A stretch of DNA of 64,000 bases, from the NCBI GenBank assembly GCA_003427395.1, contig BFEA01000030.1, forward strand, positions 369,090 through 433,089, in the 5' to 3' direction. Made by a program: the position numbers and the translations under genes. Origin of the DNA: Chara braunii (taxonomy: Eukaryota; Plantae; Charophyceae). Positions 54,369 to 62,537 of the stretch are shown here, one piece after another. Each line of letters opens with the position of its first letter. Position 1 is the stretch's first letter. The notes below the pieces were generated by a model that saw only the letters and a list, made by a program, of their open reading frames with translations, searched no databases and was not told the origin of the DNA.

Positions 54369-57139
54369 CCATCAACAGGATGACCAATGCATCGGCGAAC
54401 TGGCAAGCCTCCAACCCCGCGGCTGGCCTCGCGCTGCTGTCTGACTATGGAGGATGGCCGACGGAGGACTTCGGTGAAGACGGCCGAGGCGTGAAGATGG
54501 CCGAGGGTCTTCGACTCTTCGATGAGGACGGCAGCGGGAGGACGAGGTGGAGGACACGAGTGAAGTGTCTGGCGGCCTGGGCGGGAGATCACCTCACCCA
54601 GCGTTTGAATTCGAACGTTGGGACCAAAAAAAATTCCGGGCCTTGGCGCCGCCCGGAAAAAAATTGCGCGGGCCCGGTTTCATTTTTACGACAACCCCCC
54701 CTCTCACTTGCACCCCGCCCCCTGAATTTTTTTTTTTTTTGTGTACCCTTAATTTAGGTCATGCGGCGCACGTCATGCGCGCTCTGCGCGATGCGGCGCA
54801 CGTGCGCAAGTGCCACGCACGACATGCGCCGCAAGTATGAGTAAAACTGGATTAACAAAAGATAAAATAGCGAAGGTGAAAGAACCTGTGTACTAACTTT
54901 CCATCCGTCCCCATCTTGGGCCCTAAAACAGACCGCTGTGACTCATCTTTCCCTTCACCCCCGACGCCTCCTCCTCTCTGTCCACTCCACTTAAACCCGA
55001 AACCCTACGGAGCGGACAATTTGCTCTATCCTAAAACCTAGCCTAACCTAACTATCTGTTCCAGAGGTTGAAACACTATGACTAGCCTTCCACTATTGCT
55101 GTCTTACCTGTACCTTTTAAATAACTCTTCAATAAGCCAAACCCTCGTTGCCTCTTGTTTGAACCGTCTATCTTTCAAAGCAGTAGCAAGATTTTCTTTA
55201 TTTTTTTATTTTTGTACTCTCCTGAACATTTGCCTCAGGCCAATGGCCTGGTTGAGAATGCCCGTCATCTCACAGAAGTCAGGAAATGGTCCAGCTCTTT
55301 GTTTTGTTTTGTTTTTTTGTTTGTTTTGTAAGGGGAAAAAAGCACTTCAAACCAGTGATAAGGAGCCAGAGCCATAAGGTTCTGTTTTTTTTTTTGTTTA
55401 AAAAAAAAAAAAAAAAAAAAAAAGGGCCAAACGGTCCAACGTTTTCTCTTGTTAAGGAAATGGTCCAACTTTTAACATTAAGAGAGAAAAGAAAAAGCAC
55501 ATAAGTTACTAGTTATGTATAAACTCTGTTGTTCCTGCTGTTGATGCGTCCATGCAGTTTGGAGCATGTTGAGAACATCGGCACACATTATGCGACCACA
55601 CTTCTGAGATGGAGGGAGAATTTTATGTCACACAAGCGGTGAGTGTTAGGTTTGTCTGTCCAAAGGTTCCACTATGAGGGTTAGGGATAGCCCAGTCTTG
55701 GGGAAAAAGAAGGGGAGAGGGGGGGGAAGGGATATGTCACAGCGGTTTCTTTTCTTCTTGCTGGTTTTTCACATTGTTTCTCTTCGAATCCAAGTATCTC
55801 TACCCAGCCCCTTTAAAAAAAAAAAACAAGAGTATATGCAACCTGCCGTTTTTGTCAGCTGCCAGATCTTTGTCGTTTCCAATCTGTTTTAGGGCACCAA
55901 AACAAAACACGATGATGCTGGTGCATGATGTTAATGAATCGGGCGACAATTGGTAGGCTAGATAGGTCGACAATGGGCCGTTTTGTGATTACGCAGACGG
56001 TTAATCTCGTCGTAAAGAGGGCAATCAATGCTGTTCTGCTTTGTATAATTTGCTCCGGTCTTGGCAAAGGGACACGGGAGCTGGTTTCCAGCAGGTGCAG
56101 CTCCCCACCAATAGATTGGAGCCATCTGCAACGTGGCACTAACTACCGTGTTCCCCCGAACACAACGCACCCTCATTATGAATGTATAGAGGCTATGTTT
56201 CCGGTCCGATGCGCTCAAAATGAGGGTGCGTTGTGTTGGGGGGAAGACGGTAGTGGCGAATGCTCTTACCACCTCGACTAGTTGGTTGCGTGCAGCGGTT
56301 TCGGTAAAAAAAAAAAAAAAGAGCAAAAAAAAAGAAACAAGTTCTGCTCCATTCAATTATCGAAAACGAATGAAGGGGCACCGCAGATGCAGATGCATTT
56401 TTTGATGGGGCTTGGGGCTGCAATAAACACATGATGTTTATTCACCTGGAGACCCGATGGGGCTTGTCCACAGCCATTCCTTTGGGGAAGGGGGCTGTAC
56501 ATAAACGTGCATCAAGGAGATGTTTAGCCGTCTCCCTCGTGACTCTACCCACAGGGCAGTTACTCTTTTTTCACTTCTTTCCCTTTTTTTTTTTTCAATT
56601 GCCCGCCAGGGCTGATATCGTGAGTGATATGAGCCTCCCACAATAGTAGCCCTGCTGGGGATGACTCCGTTCTATTGGTGGGGAGCTTCAACTGCTGGAA
56701 ACCGGATGCAGGCTGTTACACTGGCTTTTACATTTCTTCTAAGGTAACGGAAATTATGAAGTCCAAGTAGAAGGGAGCGGTGAAGGGGCATCGTGGGCAA
56801 ATAAGACCAACAGCGAGGAATGGGATTGTGTTCCATTCAAAATTATCTCAGAGATGGTTGAGTTAACTTTGAAACATGTCCATTATGGCTGGAGGGAGGG
56901 TCCCCACTAATAGACTGGATTGGTGCCATCCAACCCAAGGCTGCCATTGGGCGACACTCTTATCGCCCGCAATAGTAGCCCCGATGGACTTCCCCCCCCC
57001 TCCAAAAAAAAAAAAGGTTTCAACTTTCAAGACAGAAGGGAGGGATCCTTATGAGAAAAAGTAGTAGTCCTTTTTATCTCTGTATTTTTGAAATTTGGAC
57101 CATTTCTCGATTTATGCGTGTCATCCTTGCGCAGGGGCC

Positions 57140-57171
<32 letters not shown>

Positions 57172-60100
57172 ATGGATGTCCCGAAGGACAGTCCTTTTTA
57201 TCTCTGTAATAACCTGTATCCTTTTCTTTTTTTTTTTCAATCATGTGTTGGTAATAAAAGGGCCTTTACCCGATATAGGCCTCAGGCCTTGTAAAAATAA
57301 AGCAGCACGGGCCTTGAAAAAGTAAAGCATTGTGAAAAGGTATCTCGCCAGAGCTCAGAAACGTGAAAGCAGGTCAAAGGTCAAGTTCTCTATCAACAGG
57401 CATATCTAAAGCTAAGGCAAAGGGCATTGTCAAAAGACTTACCTGTTCACCAGGAGATGTGTATGTCATGTCTGTTCGGGTAAGGGTGTGTCTGTACGTG
57501 CAGGCAGTGTACCTGTTGGTGCAAAGTAAAGTGTCTATTCAAGCAGTAAATGTCTGTTCGTTGAGAGTTGTGCCGAAAGTAAAGTCAATAGGCACAGTCC
57601 CAGTTCTGGTCTAAGTCCAGGGGTCAGTCCAGATCCAGACTTTCAAGTCCAAATTCAGGCCGGGAGGCCTCAGCAGTAAGATCAGACACGGCTAGCATTC
57701 CAGGGGAGTGTTCCAAACTATTGGTGCAGAGCTGCACCTGTTTTTATTTTCTAACCCTTTGTCCTTCTGTGACCTTCTGCCAGGGAGATAAAGGATCTAG
57801 GATTCTCTGATGCATTCATCCGGACTTGGGACTACTATTTCACATACTGCGCAGCAGGTTTCCAGACGCGAACCCTCGGAGATCTTCAGGTAATGTGTCT
57901 GCTTCCAGCCTTTTCGAAGCCCGTTCCAACCATAAATCCTTTCACCGAATCTTCATCTTCCTCTCCACCCTTCCCTCCCTGCCTCCTCCTTTCTTCCTCT
58001 TCAATTATCAATGTACATGATTCCAAGGGAGTTCACAGGATTGCTGCAGAAGTCACACGTGGTTGAACGGGGTTGTTTTTTGTGCCGAATTTTGCACTGA
58101 AACTGTTGGATTGCCCTGAGTTCTTGCTTTTTTTCTTGTTTTTCGTTTTGCGTGATATGTAGGTGCTTTAGGGTATGTCATGTGTCCAGTTTTGACATGT
58201 TTGGACCAATAATGAAAAAGTTGGCGTTTTGTTGATATGTTGAACGCTTCTTTTTTTATTCTTATTCTTATTATTATTTTTTAATACGGAACCTCTTGGT
58301 TCTGGCTCCTGCCATTCTGGGAAGCAACAGTCCGGTTCCTATTCCCCCGGCAAGTCAAAGCTGAATACAATGAAAACACGCGCACACTCCTCTCCATTAT
58401 GGTTGAGAGGCCCGAGTGGACGGCATTGATTACTTCCCTAGGGAAGGATGTACCCCCCCTCACCCCTGCCTAAGTTAGCCTATATTCACTACCTTCTGAA
58501 CCTCTGGGTCGCCTAGCTTCTAGCTCCTCTCAGCTGGGTGCTGTCGGATAAGCCTGTACGCGAGAGCAGATGTCTGGGGCTGGCATCAAAGGGTTTGCTT
58601 AGAAATGGTTTCTGCACAGCTCCACTCGATCATAACAAGGGACCCGCCTGAACTTGCTGACTTCTTGAGCTCTGTGGAGTTTTATCTTCTAACCTCTCTC
58701 TCTCACAGCTTTTGGGCTGTGCGGTATTCTGATTCCTGTCTTCACTATTGTTTCTGTCTTTTGCCTTCTCTTGCACCCTGAACCCTGGGCTACTCAGGTC
58801 GTCTGTTTTGTGCAGCTTGTGTTTTTTTTTTGTTTTTTTTTCTTTTTTTTTTTCTTAAGCTACGTCTGTAAGGTTCCTAGAGGGTTTTGCCCTTTCATAG
58901 CTGAATTTTATGGGAATACTAGAAAGGTGAGGTTTATTTCTGGTCGACTCAGCTATTGGGATGGAAGTGCTGTGCTGTGATTCCCTTGATTGAAGTGGAT
59001 TCGACCGTGCTCCTCCCATTATGCTCGCTTGTCTTACCCCTGCCTAAGTTAGCCTATATTCACTACCTTCTGATCCTCTGGGTCGCCTAGCTTCTAGCTC
59101 CTCTCACCTGGGTGCTGTCGGATAAGCCTGTGCGCGAGAGCAGATGTCGGGGGCTGGCGTCTAAGGGATTGCTTTAAAATGGTTTCTACACAGCTCTACC
59201 CGATCATAACAAGGGACCCGTATGAACTTGCTAACTTCTTGAGCTCTGTGGGGTTTTATCTTCTAACCTCTCTCTCAGCTTGCGGTATTCTGACTCCTGT
59301 CTGCACTATTGTTTCTGTCTTTTGCCTTCTCTTAAACCCTGAACCCTAGGCTACTCGGGTCGTCTGTTTTGTGCAGATTGTGTTTTTTTTTAATTAATTA
59401 ATTAATTAATTAATTAATTAATTAATTTATTTATTTATTTATAAAAGCTACGTCCGTAAGGTTCCTAGAGGGTTTTGCCCTTTCATAGCCGATTTTTATG
59501 GAAATACTAGAAAGGTGAGGTTTATTTCTGGTTAACTCGGCGATTGGGGTGGAAGTGCTGTGCTGTGTTTCCCTTGGTTGAAGTGGCTTCGCTCGTGCTT
59601 CCCCCATTATGTTCTCTCGTGTTTTCTTAGTTGGTTCTTATGGACATACCAGTAAGGTGGGATCTACTTCTGGGCAGTTCGGAGATTTGTGCTGGAGGTA
59701 ACGTGTTGTGTCTCCATTGGGTGAAGTGGATTCGGCCGCTAGATATTGAAGCTATTTTCCCTTCTCCCAGGACTTGTTTCGTAAAGGCCTCTGTAATTTT
59801 ATCCTTGTTTTCTATATTTTCTGATTTTTTCCTGCTAGTCCTCCTCCAACGTCCTCTGTAGTCCACTTCTATTATCTGTAGCATCCCTTCCCACCCTTCC
59901 TGTGGCATCATTGGTGATTGATCTATTGTTTCTTGGCATATGCGCTTCCATATCATCCAAAGCGACGCTCTTCTGAGTATGTGGTAGAATGTTATCTCAT
60001 AGCCCTGCCAATTGGGGGGAGTGTGTAGCCCCAGCAGAAGTACGACTGGGTCCGAGGGAAGAGGCTTGCCTGATATCCTTTGCCATAAAGCGGTTGCTTT

Positions 60101-62464
60101 GGCCCAGAGCTGTTTGGCTTTCTGACAACTCAGGCGGCAGTGCTCCACGTCTTCTACCCTGCCCTCCTGACAGATTGCACAGAGTTCCTTTAGCGGTGAG
60201 CGTGAAAGTAAGTTGCGTCTATTGTTTAGTCATTTATTTACCGGCAATGCTAGGTGTACCACTAGCCATTGGAAGCTTCTTATTTTGGTGGATGTGCTGG
60301 CATTAATATCGTTCCATGAAACAACTCTTGTGCGTTCTGCTGGCTGGTTGAATTGCGTTTCCCATCTTTGGCTAATTATTTGAGTTAAGGGGGAGGATCT
60401 CATTCTTAGTGTGTAGCCTAACTTCGTGGTGTATTCTAGTATGTTAACTCTTTTCTCGATATTAAGTCTCCATGTTCTTAGCTTCCATACCCACTCTGCT
60501 GGATCTAGTGCTAGGTCTGCTATATTGGTTTGGGGGCTGTAGATCCGGCGCTCTCCGGTCTCCACTACTCTTACTTTCCGTAGAGTGCTTTCTAGTAGGG
60601 TTACTCCTCCTGTAGGATTATTGAGCAAGAGACTTGTCGTTGCTCCTGGATTCTCCACGGTGTAAATGTCGCAGGTTAGCCAGTTATGTCTAGGGCCTTC
60701 TCTAGTGCAGAAGAGGTAGGCCTCGGAGGGGGGGTTATCTGTCTTTCTTGTTGCCCATTCCCCTGGGTTCCAGCCGACTGAACCTTTTAGCAACTCTGAC
60801 CATCTTTCCGGAATTGAGTTTCTGATCCTATTCAGGTTTTCTTGCAAATTTTGACAGCCTTTTATGGAGTTCCTTGATTCCTCGACTGTTTTCCACCTTC
60901 TTTCCTCGTTCTGCCAGAGGTGCTTGATCTGCCATACTCCTTTTTCGAGCCAGGAGCCCCATTTAGCATATTTTGCTGTTAGTGTCCAGGGTTTGCCTTG
61001 TGGGTCTGGCAACCATTGGTTGCAGAAAAGCGGTTGCCTTAGGACCTCTTCTTTGATTGTCGGTTCCCTTACTTTGGCCGGTAAGATTTCTCTCCATGTT
61101 TTCATAAGTTGGTGCCAGAAGTCCTCCTTTTGGTCGTTCTCCTGACCTTCTCGCTGTGTCTCTCTGGGAGTGCCCTTCATTGCCCAAGATTTGGCCATGA
61201 TCCATAATAACCCTCTCATATTGTTAGGGGTTTTGAGTTTGACTAGGTTGTTTATTCTCTATAGGCCCAGCTCGTTCCATGGAAGGTTGTGGTCAGTTAT
61301 TAGTTTGAGGATCCATTTGGATTGTAGCGCTTTGATCTGTGTCTCAGGGTCGAGGATCCTCAACCCGCCTTGTGATTTCTTCATAATGATGTATTTCCAT
61401 GCTACCTTGGAGATGAAGTGGGCTTTGGAGGGATCTCCAGACAAGAGGTAGGCTGCAGTGTGACGAACCATTTTTCTGTAATTGCGCGACTTTCTGCGCG
61501 AAGCTGCCTGGGGAAATGAGACGGGTTGGATGGGTGAGTTGCGGAAAGATGGGTCAGGCGGGCAAATTGCATGGACGTCCTCGTTTCTTTTCGCTGTCTG
61601 CTGGGAGTTGTCGGATCGGTGTCAGAAGAATCCCGTACCAATGGTTGGGTAGCCGCGCCTTGTCGAGCGCGAGAAATAACTGTACCATAGCTTCTTTCTT
61701 GTTCTGCTGTGAGCACTGGGAATTTTGGTGCGATCATCGCGCAGGAATATCGTTTTTGAATTTTCAACTGATGACGAGCCCTCACGGGCTCGCGGAATTG
61801 TTTTTCTTTTCTACTTTTTCGGAATTTTCTTTTGCAATTAGGACTTAAGCTAGGAATTTAGGTACTTTGAATTTTGTTGTGCCGCGCTTGTGCGCATTTT
61901 GCTGCGCTGGGAACTAGGCTCTGACTGGATCGCGCCCTTAATCATGTGTAGTTGTCGTTTTTGGTGGGCGCGATTGTAACTGTATCTTTCTTCTTTCTTG
62001 GTTTCCTCATGTTTACCCGCCTTCTCCTTCTTCCTCGCTGCGCATACGCTGTTCTGATTGGTCGAAGCGCCTGCATGACCGGATCGATGCCTGGAGCGTG
62101 GCTACGACCCCCACGCCGCGGCTTGGCCATGCAGACGTAGGCACTTCCTCTCTTCTCCTCTTGTCCACCTGGGCTTAATCCCGTACCTTTCGCGCAGGCA
62201 TGCATGCTATAAATTTCGCAAGCGCGATTAGTTTGCTCTCTAAGAATTTCGAGGTTAGCGCGATCAGTGAGGGTCGGCTAACGAGCAAGTCTGGAAGGTG
62301 AGTGAGTGCGAGAGTTGGGCGATCCGACGAGCTGATGCTGAGTATGGGGGGTTGACGTGCGGGCCGCGATGGACTGGCGCACGGGCGAACCTGGCTTGCA
62401 TATTCGAACTAAGCGGGGTGACAACTCTGTGTGGATGCAAGGCGACGGACTGCCAACATCAGGG

Positions 62465-62537
<73 letters not shown>

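Noticed and set aside
53297-54592. Long ORFs spanning N runs (also 24984-25739 and 5488-5705)
   Set aside because: Artefacts of assembly gaps and microsatellites.
55281-55475. aaatggtcca... motifs resembling the U6 3' end
   Set aside because: Only about 11-15 nt of match, in a local low-complexity repeat; insufficient evidence.
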